A stretch of DNA of 64,000 nucleotides from Rotaria socialis (Eukaryota), in contig CAJNYD010000117.1 of the NCBI GenBank assembly GCA_905331295.1, positions 1 to 64,000 on the forward strand, read 5' to 3'. Shown here one piece after another: positions 12,209-25,405 of the stretch. A program made the translations under genes and the position numbers. Under the pieces are notes generated by a model. The model did not search any database. It worked only from the letters and a program-made list of their open reading frames with translations, and was not told the DNA's origin. Position 1 is the stretch's first letter. Every line of letters starts with the position of its first letter.

Positions 12209-13159
12209 ATGACAGACGTAAGTTGTGTCGTTTTAAAAATAATACTGAACTGAAAATGAAGGTGCCAGTGTCTAAACGATAAAGTATTTCGATAATAATT
12301 AACTTCACAAAAAATATAAAGGCTTTGGGTTAGCAGAGAATAAATTTGTCCTTCACGAGAATAGTAAAACAAAATGTATATTTTTATTTAATAGAAAAAA
12401 ATGAAGAAGAAGGCTCAACGTGCCACAAGTAACGTTTTCTCCATGTTTGATCAAAAACAAGTGCAAGAATTCAAAGAAGTATTTATTCAAAATTTGTTTG
12501 TTTTTTCAATAGAAATAATTTATGTTATTCTGGTGTGCTAGGCATTTAATCTCATGGATCAAGATCGCGACGGCACAGTTAGTATGGACGACTTGAAAGA
12601 AGTCTATGCTTCACTCGGTAAAGCACCAAAAGATGCCGAATTAAAAGCTATGCTTGATGAAGCTCAAGGTCCAGTTAACTTTACGACAATTTTGAGTTTA
12701 TTTGGAGACCGATTAAACGGTACAGATGAAGAAAATGTTATATTAAATGCATGGAAAAACTTCGATAAGGAAGGAACTGGATTCATAAATCAAAAAAAGT
12801 CAGAAGAAAAACTAAAATATCTATGATTACTATTTGTTGTTGTTGTTTTATATTATAGTTTACGAGAAGTTCTTACATGTGAAGGTCGTCCTGATGATCG
12901 TAAGTACTTGAGAGAAAAAAGATAATATTTTTTAATAAATACTAACTGTTTATTTTGTTTTTCTTTTAAAGGATTGACCGATATGGAGGTATGAATTTAT
13001 TTTTCTTGTTAATTTAAGTAAATATGTTTGTCTCTTTTTGTTTCTCTTTCTCAATTTTAGTTCAGTCAAATGCTTGATGGCGCCCCAATAGATCCAAAGG
13101 GAAATCTTGACTATGCTGCATTTACTCGACAAATCAAACGTGGCAAAGAAGACGAATAA
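12209..13159 (+). CDS. Myosin II regulatory light chain (6 coding exons including micro-exons)
   Basis: [49 protein letters not shown]...GPVNFT...|...[24 protein letters not shown] phospho-site and EF-hand 1 intact. Confidence 0.95.
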
Positions 13160-14399
13160 ACATCGAATAAATCAAATGCATTTTAGACTTATTTTTACTT
13201 TACCCTTATCTTATATTACCTTTTTTTTTAAATTTCACTTGTTCAAACATCAATATTAATGAAATAAATGTGAGATCAGACTTGAACTTATACTATTAAC
13301 AAAAGAGAGAAAAATGAAGAAAAGATTTTCAAGTACCGATGCTGTAATAAACAACAATAGCAGCCAAGTGTTCGATTGCTACATCTTATTACATTTCTTT
13401 TTTTTCCATGTAATAAGAAGCAGTATTATGGTATCTGAGATGTCGAAAAAGCGAAAGTCAATCTTCTGAAATCGGATATGTTTCATTCTACGATGTAAGT
13501 AGAAACAGGAGATTTTTTTCTACGCGCTAATTTAAAATACCTTCTATCGCGATAGAAATAAATAGACTTGATCAAATATTTTTCATTTTTCATTTTCATC
13601 TCCACGGCCTTTGCCTTTATTCGGTCGGACAATAGCAAAAGAATTTAGTTTGAACCGTGCTACAATAGATTTTTTACTCCGAAGTATTTTGTTGTAGTTT
13701 ATTTAAGCATAATCTTGTCGTTTTTTTCCCCTTCGTATATCACTTATGAGATTTTAGTGCTTATTGTTGATTTGACCTGTTTTTTCTTCTGTATTTGCAA
13801 TAGGAATATTTATACTTATCAGCGAGGATAAGGGTTTATTTGAAAAGTGTTTTTATTTTTTCATCTCCGATTAATCAATAGCGTATGTACAATCGGATAG
13901 ATTTGTCAGATTTCATTTTTTTTCTTTTTATTAACTAAACTTCGTCGCAAAAGTTATTTTTAAAAGCATCTCGTCATACAATATTGTTTTTGTTTGATTT
14001 TGCCTGAAGTTCTTTAAACAAACAATGCGATTGAAATAAACCGAAATTTGTTTACCAGATGGACGTCAGAAAAAAAATTTATAAAAGTACAGTGGTTAAA
14101 TAACAATTCCTAACAGATCGAAATTTTAACGTTTGGATTCAGTTGCGACGGTGATGACATGAACGATGGAAGTCTTTTAACTGATTAATTGCTTTTGAGT
14201 TAGAGCTTAATGCATTATGCCGAGTCAAACTAGTGATGAGAATATCCATAAAAGAATTCCTGCATTAGCTAATTGCTTTATGTGTGCTACACTTCTATGG
14301 CGTGTTTTAAATCAATGTCGTGATCTCTCTTTTGAGTTTCGATTAATAACTTAGCATAGAAAAACAATTTTAATGGAATTTTTATTTTTAGATGAGGTA

Positions 14400-14674
14400 T
14401 GTTCAGATTTCCGAAAAAGGAAATTACAGAAATTCCCGAAGCTTCCATCAACTCGATTACTACGTAGCAAAGCAAATGAAAATTTTTTGAAAATATTTGA
14501 AAGTTTAGAAATTTCGGAATCTTCTGTAATTTCGGAAATTTCGCTTTGTACAGAATTTTGGAAATTTCAGAAATTTCGGAAATTGTATAATTTTGGGAAG
14601 TACCAAACAATTTAGAACACAAGTACTTGAAATTTCCAAAACTTCCAAAATTTCCTTTTTTGGAAGTCTGAACA
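14400..14674. mobile_element. MITE-like element with ~26-bp TIRs and internal AATTTC(A/G)GAA subrepeats
   Basis: Left TGTTCAGATTTCCGAAAAAGGAAATT vs reverse complement of right end TGTTCAGACTTCCAAAAAAGGAAATT (2 mismatches); internal short degenerate repeats. Confidence 0.75.
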
Positions 14675-14843
14675 CTGCTGAAATATATCGTCAGACTGTA
14701 GAAACATTTTGTTTTTTGGAGTATTCATAGTGCATAGAATTTTCATTTTTATCGCTTGAAGGAATTTCCTGGTCAATAGTAGCAAGTGAAAATTTTTAAC
14801 TTTTATTTTTTCTCGTTTGCAGCCATATCTAAGTTCCACACCG

Positions 14844-14886
14844 AGACATAGACATAGACATAGACATACATATATATATATATATA
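14844..14886. repeat. Compound (GACATA)n-(TA)n microsatellite
   Basis: gacatagacatagacatagacatacatatatatatatatat seen directly. Confidence 0.85.
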
Positions 14887-15423
14887 TCAAATAATAATAT
14901 AAGAGTGATCAGTAAGTGTATTCTCTATTAAAATAACCTATTTGTCTTTTATATAAAACCTTCAATCATAAAGGAGTCAATTATATAATCAACAACGTGA
15001 TAAAAAATTACTAATTTTTTAACATCAATGCCAATCTCAAGTGGTTTCACTCAAGATAGAAGATATTTACGAGCGCGAAATCGTACTGTACGGCCGCAAA
15101 TCGTTGCACGAGCAGCTCAAGTAAGTTTCATTTAGTTTTAACTTTTTATTCTTGCTTGAACACATTAGTACTTTTCATGGCATGCCTTTTTATTCATTGA
15201 TTTAAAAAAAGAATAAGAAAAAAATCTGAATGAGAAGAACGCAAATGTTTTTTTTTCTTCTTTTGTCATAACTAAGAGCAACCGTCAAATAGTTACGATG
15301 AGTGATTTTGAAATGAGACATTAAAAAAGAAGAAAATTAACCGAACAGCAGTTAGTCGGAATATTTTATTACATCGAAAAAAAAAGGAGAGGAAAAAAGG
15401 GAAAAACGAAAGAAAAACTTTAT

Positions 15424-17060
15424 ATGTCACAAAGTTATCACAAGCAGTTTCAAGAGAACCGACGAAACAATGATCAGAATGGTTTATTCTCAAATTCAAA
15501 AGCAACAGCAGGCAGCAAATTACCACCACAACGACCAACAGCGTCTGTCAAACAAGCGCCACGATCAGATACATTTACGTTGCCGGCAATACGCAATGGA
15601 ACGAATTCTAAAGCGCCGAAAACCAATCAGATACAAAATGGTGCTCGACGAGAAATACCAAAAAAGTCTACAATCGTAAAACGAACGCCACCTGCTCAAC
15701 AAAAACGTACTGAAGACATGCATCAAAATGTTGGCACTAGACCGGCCATGAGACAAACTAATCCAATGATAGAACGAGGAAATGTCGAACGAAAACCAGT
15801 ACGCTTTCCTAATACTCATAATAATGCTTATTCTGCTCCTCCCACTTCTCTACCTGTGTATTATCAGAGACCGCCGCCCGTTGATGATCCTCAACCTCGA
15901 GATGTCTATGACAGACCACGACGAATGCGTGTAGCTAATGATGACTATGTAGTGCATCGTCGAACCGAATCACCTGCTTATGCTTATGACGACTATCATC
16001 CGGTGAGTGATATACCAACAATTTCCTATTTTACTTCGTTTCCACCCATTAATCAGCCAAAACATCAGACATCTCCTACTGTCATTATTCGTCCGAAAGA
16101 AAATCATCGTGCCCATACTTCTACAAAGATTCCAACTGTATCCATCGCTCCTCCTGCACCCTTTATGTTTTTCCCTCAAACAGCGGGTCCCTCATATCCT
16201 CCTAATTCTACTATGTTTTTACCAAATTCAAATGTTTCTCCATACTCCCATATATCTCCTATGATTTTACCTATGACTACAGTTCCTAATCAGCCTCCTG
16301 GGCAGCATTTTTTTCTTCAGCCTTCGTCAAATCCTAACTATTTTACGCAACCCTACTTTTATCCTATGCCTCAAGCTAATAATAATAATAATCCTTCGAC
16401 ATCAGCGCCACCATTACCGTCTCAGCCTATTATAAGTCAATCGTCATCTGCACCGGCACAAATAAAAACCGAGGAAAAAAATACGACATTTATCGTTCGT
16501 CCAGATACAACGAACAAGAAAAATGTAATCATACAAGTGAAAATGACAGACGAGGTTTGCTTCTTTTCTTGCTATTGTAAAGAAATTACCATTTAAACTT
16601 TCGCAGTTCTTCACTTGTCATTTTTCTTCGATTGATTTCGTTTCATTATTACTCAATTTAGGATGGCTCACTTGATAAACGACCACAACGAGTAAGACGT
16701 GTTGTACATGATCCTCCATATTATGAAGCTGACGATCGATATTATAATGAACCTGAACCAGCACATGTTGTCTATGAACAACCAAGACGTCGAAGAACAG
16801 TTCTTCGAAGGCCTCCACCGCCTCCGACCGAATATGTTTATGTTGATGAATCCCCATCACCTGTAGTTCGTCGTCGTCCAGCTCGTTCAGACATTGTTTA
16901 TGTTGACGATGATCGTCGTTCAGAATATGAAGACGAAGTCATCTATGTTGATGAAGATGGCAATGAAGTCGACTACATCTACGACGATGAGCCTGTTTAT
17001 CATCGACGAAATTACAAAAAATCTCGCCATCCACCATCAACAAAAATCGTTTATGAATAA
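15424..17060 (+). CDS. Orphan Pro/Gln-rich, probably disordered protein with C-terminal repeated [VI]YVD[ED] motifs; possible extra upstream exon 15028-15120
   Basis: Long first exon, then acceptor caatttag (~16661) giving DGSLDKRPQ...EYVYVDES...DIVYVDDD...EVIYVDEDGNEVDYIYDDE...KIVYE*; stop TAA 17058-17060. An upstream ATG exon MPISSGF...AAQ ends in gtaagt at 15121. Confidence 0.7.
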
Positions 17061-17215
17061 ATTTGAAAAGAAAAGAGAGAAATCTATTCTGTATGTTATA
17101 GTCTGTTTTTTTTATTATTATTATAAAAATCACAAAAAAGACAGCATCCTATAAACACTCTATCTCTATGTATTTCTATATTGTTACAAAATCAAGGTAC
17201 TGAAGTCAGTGGCGG

Positions 17216-20200
17216 TTAATGTTGAGTATTAGGTTTTTGTTTTTGATAACATTTACAAATACAATACATAGTTAAAATTGATAATAGACCAAATAGAACC
17301 ATTAAAATCGGTCTAAGATGTTTTTTCATTTTGTTTACGATTAATTGTTTAAAACATCCATTATTTAATTCCTTTTGATAAAAGTTCAACCAAAAATAAT
17401 ACATGGAATCAAAATATTTCGGCTCGTTATGAATATTGTTTAATTGAAAAACAACATAATTATGTTCATTTTTTGTATAAGGTCTCCATTGAACGTTCGA
17501 CTGTATTGTTGATAATGAATCGTTATTTGGATTTCTATTTCAAAGAAGAATAATTAAGAATAGAACATAAAATAATTAACAAACCCGGTTTTAATAAAAT
17601 TCGCCCAATAGCGAATTATTTGTCGACTAAAATTTTCTTCATCATTTGAATAATTATAATAGCTCATGTTAACATTTTTGTGTATTTGCCGGTAACCTCG
17701 TGCCAACGGAACGCCAAATACGTAATCTAGTTGTTCAGAAAAAAAATGAATACTAAAACTGCTCGATTCCTAAACGCAGTTTGACTATAAAAAAAGAAGT
17801 TACCCTGAAAGATCGAACGACGAAGAAAATGACCGAATTTATTCTACCATCGACTCTTCAAAGCGTAAAATGTTCCGAAAAGTCCGCTGCAATTCTCACG
17901 CAGTACTAATTCTTAGACTATGTTTTTGTAGGAAAACATCTCTCGCAAAGTTAAATTTCTCAAATTCGAACAAATGTCTTTCTCATCTATCTTAATATTC
18001 ACCTAATTCAGCAAAATGTCCAATAACATGTGGCAATGTTTTCAAATGATCTCGAAATAAACTTCGCGCTTTAAATGTTGGCCTATGTGAATAAATATAG
18101 GCATAGTTCGATGATTTTTGATTTGGCAATTGTGCACGTAAATTCAAACAATGAACCATATGAAAGTTGAACATTAAATCAGAAACAAGATCAATATAAA
18201 GTTTCAATCGCATTGTTATATTATTTTCTCCTAGATAATACAGAACAAATTTTAAAACAAGCATTTCGTGGCGTTTTCTTTCTCTCGCAAGTTATCAATT
18301 ACCTGGATATTCATATCGTTCTTTAATTTCATCAATATAGCATGTTGCATACTGAAAATTTGCGTTTATATAACGTTCAACATAGTTTAATTTTGAGAAT
18401 TGTTCAAGAACAACATGTGGATCGTAGCTTAATGCTTGTTCAACATGCGTTTTTCTACTAGATTTAAGATCTTCATCGTCATCTTCGTCCTCATCATGAT
18501 CAATATTTTCATCCTTAAGAATGTCTTGCGTTTTAATTATATCCGGTGGAATTATGGTTTCTGCTGTGCCCTTTCGAATGTGGCGTTTCTGTTTTGTTTG
18601 AGTTTGTTTGCCAATCGATGCCGATTGATTATTTAAATCACTATAAAAATGTCCAATATGATATTCAGCAAAATAAAGACCTTCATTCAATGTGACACCC
18701 GTTAGAAAGTCAATATTTTGATATGCATCACTTTGCAGAATATTTTCAATTGTATCGTTTAAAAAGTCATTATCGATAACTGGATATGGATTATCGTCGG
18801 CTAAGAAAAAAATTAGTTTAATAAAACAATTTCAAAAACAAATGTCCTACCAATGCTAAGACTCAGATGAAGACGGTAAAAATCTCCTTTATTGTCTTGT
18901 AACGATCTATGAATACATTGAAACCTTTCTGTTTCATTCAATCGTTGACAATTGAATTCGTGTGATAAACGCTCGATTAATTTCATCGGGTGATGATTTA
19001 TACTCCAAGGAGCTAGGCCAGTTCCTGACTGAGATATAACACGTTTAATCATACCACGACAATATGGACTGGCTGAAAAATTTTTAAAACTGAAATATCT
19101 AACTAGAAAAGAAAATAGCCATGTCTATACCTGGAATTAACATAACATTCCCAGCGCCTGCTGAATGGCCAGCTAAAACAATTCGATGAGGATCACCGCC
19201 GAAGAGACGAGCATTTTCATGAATCCACTCAACAGCTAATAATTGATCCCAAAGACCAAAATTACCTTGAAAACAATAAAAATAGATACACGAGAAGATC
19301 ATTCAAATGACCTCGTATATTTTAATTTAATTAAAATTAATATTCTTCAAAAAAAAACACGTGAATAAATCGCAGAGATTATTCTTAATTGAATTATCGT
19401 TTTGAGCATGTCCTTGGATATCTTTAGATTTTTCATTAATCCGTCGCACTCTTACTATAACACAGTTAAAAATAAACAAGGGACGCCATTGACTAAGTCT
19501 TATTTGACAAGATTTATTACATCCTTTAAATCTCGAATTATGCCTTTCAAGTCACGAGACTAAGAATAGAGTATGTTTATTTTACAATTATTAACAGATG
19601 ATCCAAAATGATAATGATAAGTCGACTGTTTGCGTTTCCTCTTCCTATCATTGATAAACAAAACCATATATTACATACGCAGTCCTTGCGTTGACAATGA
19701 ACAAAATGGCTAACAAGAGTGTTTTCAGGATAAACAGCGAATGAGCTCTTTATCTAATCAATTCAGGGCAATGCTGTTCCTTGACAAGTGTAATTTTTAC
19801 TAGAACATGTTTATACTACAGACTAACACGGAGCACTTAATGCACAAGGCTGTGCATCCGCAAAGAATTATCTCTTGATCAAACACATTTTTATTCAATA
19901 TGCTCTCTCAAAGACACTATCTGTAAACGAATATTATTGCTCGTCAAACAATTTCATCCATCAACAAGACAATGTGTCGTGCCGCATACATATTTAAACT
20001 AATTGGCACAATCTCAAGCAATTCTTTCTTATGACAAATCAAAGATGATGGTTGTGCAGTTCGCGTCTCAATATTTTAGTTGATTATGTATAAAACTCTA
20101 TTATTGTTCGAATGCAGTAGGATAAAATTCAATAACTATGATTATTTAATCCTCAGTGCTACGTCGTTGATATTTGTCGGTTAGGAAAAAACTGTGTCTG

Positions 20201-21359
20201 AAGAGTCGGATTATAGAAGAGCCATTGCTTCTTTTCATTGCTGTTCTAAGAAGAGAAAATTAATGAAAAAATCGAGGTACCGGAAACAAAGCACTTCATT
20301 ATTTAATACCAAGTTATATGCTAGAACAAATGGCGTTTCGGTACATTTTTTAATCTTGACATTTTTTCTTTTTGGAATAGAAAAGTATTACGATTTAATT
20401 GAATGTCCTCGGCACTACTGAAATGCGCTGTCAAAAAATATAGTTTTAGGCTCGTTATGAAAATGACAGATGTCTACATAAGGATTTGTCAGATTTTCTG
20501 TTTCTTGTGGTCTGACTTGACTGATGAAGTAAAAAAAACAATAACTTTGAAGTCAAATATTCTAAGTGATAATTATACTTAGGAGCAATGAAAGAATACC
20601 TTTGATTCGGTCGTCTCCGCTCGATAAAAATCCATGATAATTCAGTCGAAAATTCATTGTTACAACAATAATATCGCCTTCACTCGCTAGAATACTCCCA
20701 TCAAACAATGAGCCCCCACCAATTTGATTGGAGCCTCCATGCGAGAATAACATGATAGCCTTTCGTTTTTCACCATAACGTAAATCCGGTCGGTAAATAT
20801 TCAATGAAAGGCAATCGTCATTAAAATTGTTTTGCATTACAAATGAGCCATATGATAAATTTTCCGTCATAAATAAGGATTGCATGCAATATGGACTATA
20901 TCTTGTTGCAGATTTTATTGAATAATTGAAACGCTTTTTTATTGGTTTTTCAAGTGATCGTGGAATTTCAGCATAGTAAATACCGAGAAACTGGTCAATA
21001 TATCGATCATTACGATATTTTATTCGTTTGCCACGATAAATACCTGTTGAAGCAATGAGAAATGTTGATCGAGGAGAATCTTTTCGTCGATGAATATCAT
21101 CATAGGATGATAATTTCAATAAATATGCATCGGTCATATGTGCTGTTGAAAAATTAGCTTGTGTTTCTGTTTTTTCACATGCCAATAATGTGCACGATGG
21201 TAACGTTGAATTATATGATAATTGATCGACAATACGTTCAATTGACGGATACTGTATAATAGGAGACGTAGAACGAATTTGGAATAGTAAAATAAAAATA
21301 TACAAAACAAAACTTATAATTTCATCAGACATTATGATAAGTTTGCTTCGCATAAGCAT
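17216..21359 (-). CDS. Type-B carboxylesterase / neuroligin-like protein with intact catalytic triad and C-terminal TM
   Basis: FLGIYYA, DDCLSLNIY, HGGS, NFRL, GNFGLWDQ, FGGDP, nucleophile GHSAG, ISQSG, FLTGVTLNEG, IGHFAELDYVFG; C-terminal ILMVLFGLLSILTMYCIC; ~7 exons. Confidence 0.88.
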
Positions 21360-22416
21360 AATCTAATATGGACTGAAAATTTTTGAAAATAAAAATGTGT
21401 CGTTAAGATCAACAACAACAATGAAAATGGCATTTCTTATACGTATGTATATCAGTCTCGAACGATCTCCTAATTCATTTTTAATTCTGTCAATAATAAC
21501 TGATCGCTTTGACTGGTTGCTTGAGTGAACACCTACAAAATACACAGAATTGTCTGAGATAATATCAATGAGACAGACGACAAATCCATTAGACATAAGT
21601 ACACGAAGAAATAAAAGAGACAGAATGAGGAAAAAACGAGAGAAACTATTCTACGAGCTATTTGAGACCTTTGTTATCGATGCGTAAAAAAAGAAAGCAA
21701 TGGACGACACTCTATTAGTAGGGGAAAAAAACGTTTTTTCGTCATGGTAAAATATTCCATATTATTGCAGAGCTGATAAAAGGTCTTCAGAATGACGATT
21801 CATCTACGCATATCCATTCAGATAGTAATTATAAGTACAATTGACACAAAAAAAGAAGAAGTAGAGATACTCTCACCAGTACTGGGCACCTGATACAAAT
21901 CGATTTGATCATGAGACAAAAAGACAAACATACTAAGCTGATGAATATTTCTGTACCATTAAACAGTAAAAATAACTAGTCTGTTATATCGCTTGATTTG
22001 ATAACATCAACACATCCTGTTAGTTAATGTACCGAACATTATGTTCGTTGATAAATCTGTTAATCATTATTCAGTTGTAAATAATTTTTTTGCTTTCCGT
22101 TGCACTTTGATGAAAGAAAAAAACGTATGAAGACTTTACTCATTTGATATTCTTGCAGTCAAGTATGGCATTAATTTATTTTTAAAATATCATCATTATC
22201 TTCGAAGACAAGAAGAAGAAAAGCTTTGGAATAGTTTGCAAGTATATTTGAACAAACATCAACACGACAGAAAGAAAAAAATGAATATTGATCAAACAAC
22301 ACTGAAAATATACCTAGAGAACTGTACATAGGATGATTATTATATGTATATATGCTTAGGTTTTTTATTTGCGGTTTTATTTGCAAAAGCAAATCCAACA
22401 AATGATTTAGCGTTTC

Positions 22417-25213
22417 TTAAATCGAGCCAGTTGGTGTTGACGATTCGGTGGGAATAGAGGTGGAACACTGTTAACACAAATTTTCATTCATTAAATGATA
22501 GGTCTAATTGTGATGACTTACTTCTGCGAGAAATTTACGTATTCGACTTGTATAATCATGTGAAAGCCATGTAGTATTATGTTGACCATCAGGAAATACA
22601 GTCAACTGCTTTTTTGAACTTTTACACTCCTGGAAAAACAACAACAGATTAGCCGGATTGAAATGAAAACTGAAGCTCTGTGAGAGAAATATTTAGCGTC
22701 AGATTTTTTGGTACCGAGTAAGGACCCATTCACACCAAAAAGATAAAACAGAATTAACCACTAAGTCGTCTCAAAAAGATGACTGAAGTGTGAATTAATC
22801 AATCACGTTACTTAATTTTTTTCAGTGTGAATGGAGCCTAAGTCGATAGTGCATGCGTACATTCTGTTCTGAAAAAGGAATTATGCGGCATATGGATAAG
22901 ACATCGCTATAAATTACATCGGTCAGTGGCGACCTTGCGTTACAAAGAAAACATGGAAATAGTTTATTAGAAATTAGCCGATACTACTACCACTGCTGCT
23001 GATTATCTCACAATATATATATGATGAGCGGGTCTTTTAGTTTCCATACTATGATTTTAATTAATTGTCCTATGATCGAAAGAAAAACAAACCTCGTGAA
23101 GCTTTTCCATCATTTGCGCAGGAACTAATTCATCTTGTCCACCAGAAAGAAAAAGTATTGGCACTTTGATATTACGCATTTTTGAAAGCGATGGGTACTA
23201 TGAAAAGAAAAGTAATAGAAATTTATTTGACAAAAAGAAAAGTAACATTTATACCACATTTTTATAGCACCAATTAGGTACATAATCAAGTACAGAGACT
23301 TGAAATAGTCTTTTAGCCATGTCAGGTATCGATGTAAAAGTATTTTCAACAATAACAGCATATAATGGCGGCGTTGGATTCGTCTGAGCAAGTTGAGAAG
23401 CTATATTATGAAAAAACAAATAGTATTAAGATTAATATTTATTTTATTTTACCGAGATTTAATGCAACAGCACCACCAAGTGAACGACCAAATAAAAATA
23501 TTTTGCTCTGATCAAGATCATTTCGTTTACGAACATAATTATATACAGCTAGCGCATCCGTATAAAGACCTGTTTCAGACGGCGCACCCGTTGATTTTCC
23601 ATATCCACGATAGTCAAAGAGAAGAATATTTATATTACATGTACGATATAACAAATTAGCGTTTTGTAAACTAAATCAAATAGAAAAGCAAACTTTCATA
23701 TGTCTTCAGTCATAATTTTATCAATTTGCTTTACGATTAATAGAGAAAAAGCGCCCCCTATCGGATTAGAATATGACGTCTCTTGCTAATCAACGTGAGA
23801 TCAATCTATTCAGGAAAACATTACTCTACTTCAAATATATTTGCATTTTTTTAAACACTCCAAGATTTTGATTTTTTCTTCCTGAATGCAATCTTTTTCC
23901 CGACTAATTTTAGCATTTATAAAAATATAGAATTATCGCTAATTAAGTATTTCTGTCATCAACACATATTCGGGTTACGGTCATCGGGTTCTGTTAATCT
24001 ACAGTAAATCTAGGAGTTATTATTTACGATGGGTTCAGAGAAGCGTTAAATCAGCTAATTTGCGTAATTACGATAGAATTATTCAACTGCTCAGATTTAT
24101 CATGCAAAACAGACCCAAGGGCTTGCTTTCCTAAAAAGAACTCTAAATAGGACAAACAGTTATCTGTATATCTCCTGGAGTTATTTGTTTTTGAATCTAC
24201 CGATTCAGTTGTAGAAATCTTACTAGTTTCGCTTTCCTTCATAGAATTTTCTAAAATTAAATGGACACCGTTTCGTCTACAAATATGCAAAAAAAAAACA
24301 GATCATTTTGCAAATACAAGACATCAATTATGTCAAAACACATGGTTTTAATCCTTTTTCGTCTCATTCAAAGCTGTGATCGAAACAATCTACTCAATAA
24401 AGATGCGAATACATGTCATATGCTAGTTCCACCGCTAGGCAGGTGCACCAATAGGAAATGCGTTGACACGTATAGAAATTCTTTGTACTCTTTCGAGACG
24501 GGCTATATCTAGCGCCTCAGCCCAGTTCTTAAAATCCAATGGCAGATATTTATCGAAAATAATTTTAATAGAAACTCTTCCATTAAAAAATCTCAATTGA
24601 ATTTTTCATAACTTAGAAAAAACTTCCTGACATTCATGGATGTCTTTACTTTTGAAAGAACGCATTCAGCCATTGTAAATTTCTCTGAATATACAAACAA
24701 ATAAACTTCAAAACTTATTAAGAATTCTGCTGAATTTCAATGGCACTATTCTCTCATCGGGCAAATCATGCGCAAGGACTCGGTCTGTATTACTTACAGT
24801 TGACTATTAGAGTCAGTGACATTTCAAGCGCATAATTTCTCTAAGAAGAGTATTCTTTTTTTCCCTATCATACCGATGACCAATATTTCCTGCATTTCCA
24901 TGAAAAAAAACTAATGTTTCGCGTTCATTTGTTCGATTGACTTGTTTAATTAAAAATCCGTGTAATTTTTCGTTATCAGGAGTTTCAATTATAATTGTTT
25001 CATACGGCATATGAAATATATCAGGAGTTTGAACGATTGTTCGTGCTGTATCTGGCTCATTTGGTTGATAAAGTAGAGCATCTTGAAAACCATAAAGCGA
25101 AGCTAAACAACAACAACAAGCAACAATTTAATAAAATTTTTCTTTTAACAAAACGTACTTATTTGTTGTTGTGCATTCGTAAAAAATCCGTTTATCGACT
25201 GCATGAAATTCAT
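22417..25213 (-). CDS. ABHD13: Alpha/beta hydrolase ABHD13-like
   Basis: [67 protein letters not shown] at 25213 (or 25204); stop TAA at 22417-22419. Confidence 0.9.
22722..22838. mobile_element. Tourist/PIF-Harbinger-like MITE (117 bp) in an ABHD13 intron
   Basis: TIRs GGACCCATTCACAC / GTGTGAATGGAGCC (2 mismatches) flanked by TAA at 22719-22721 and 22839-22841 (TSD). Confidence 0.8.
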
Positions 25214-25405
25214 TCAAACAAAAAAATAAAATGAATCTATAAATATCTTGCTTATATATATTAAATGAAAACTTTAATTATATTTCAAAGAGAAGAAAAA
25301 AAGAAACTTTAAAATTTCTATTTCATCCGAAATAAAGGTTTTATACAACCCAACAAATAAACGAAAAGTAAAATACATATTATTCATAATATTATTAACC
25401 ATTGT

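Noticed and set aside
14287..14890. Repetitive ORFs (ISEISEIS, KFWKFQ) on both strands
   Set aside because: Translations of MITE subrepeats and microsatellites, not genes.
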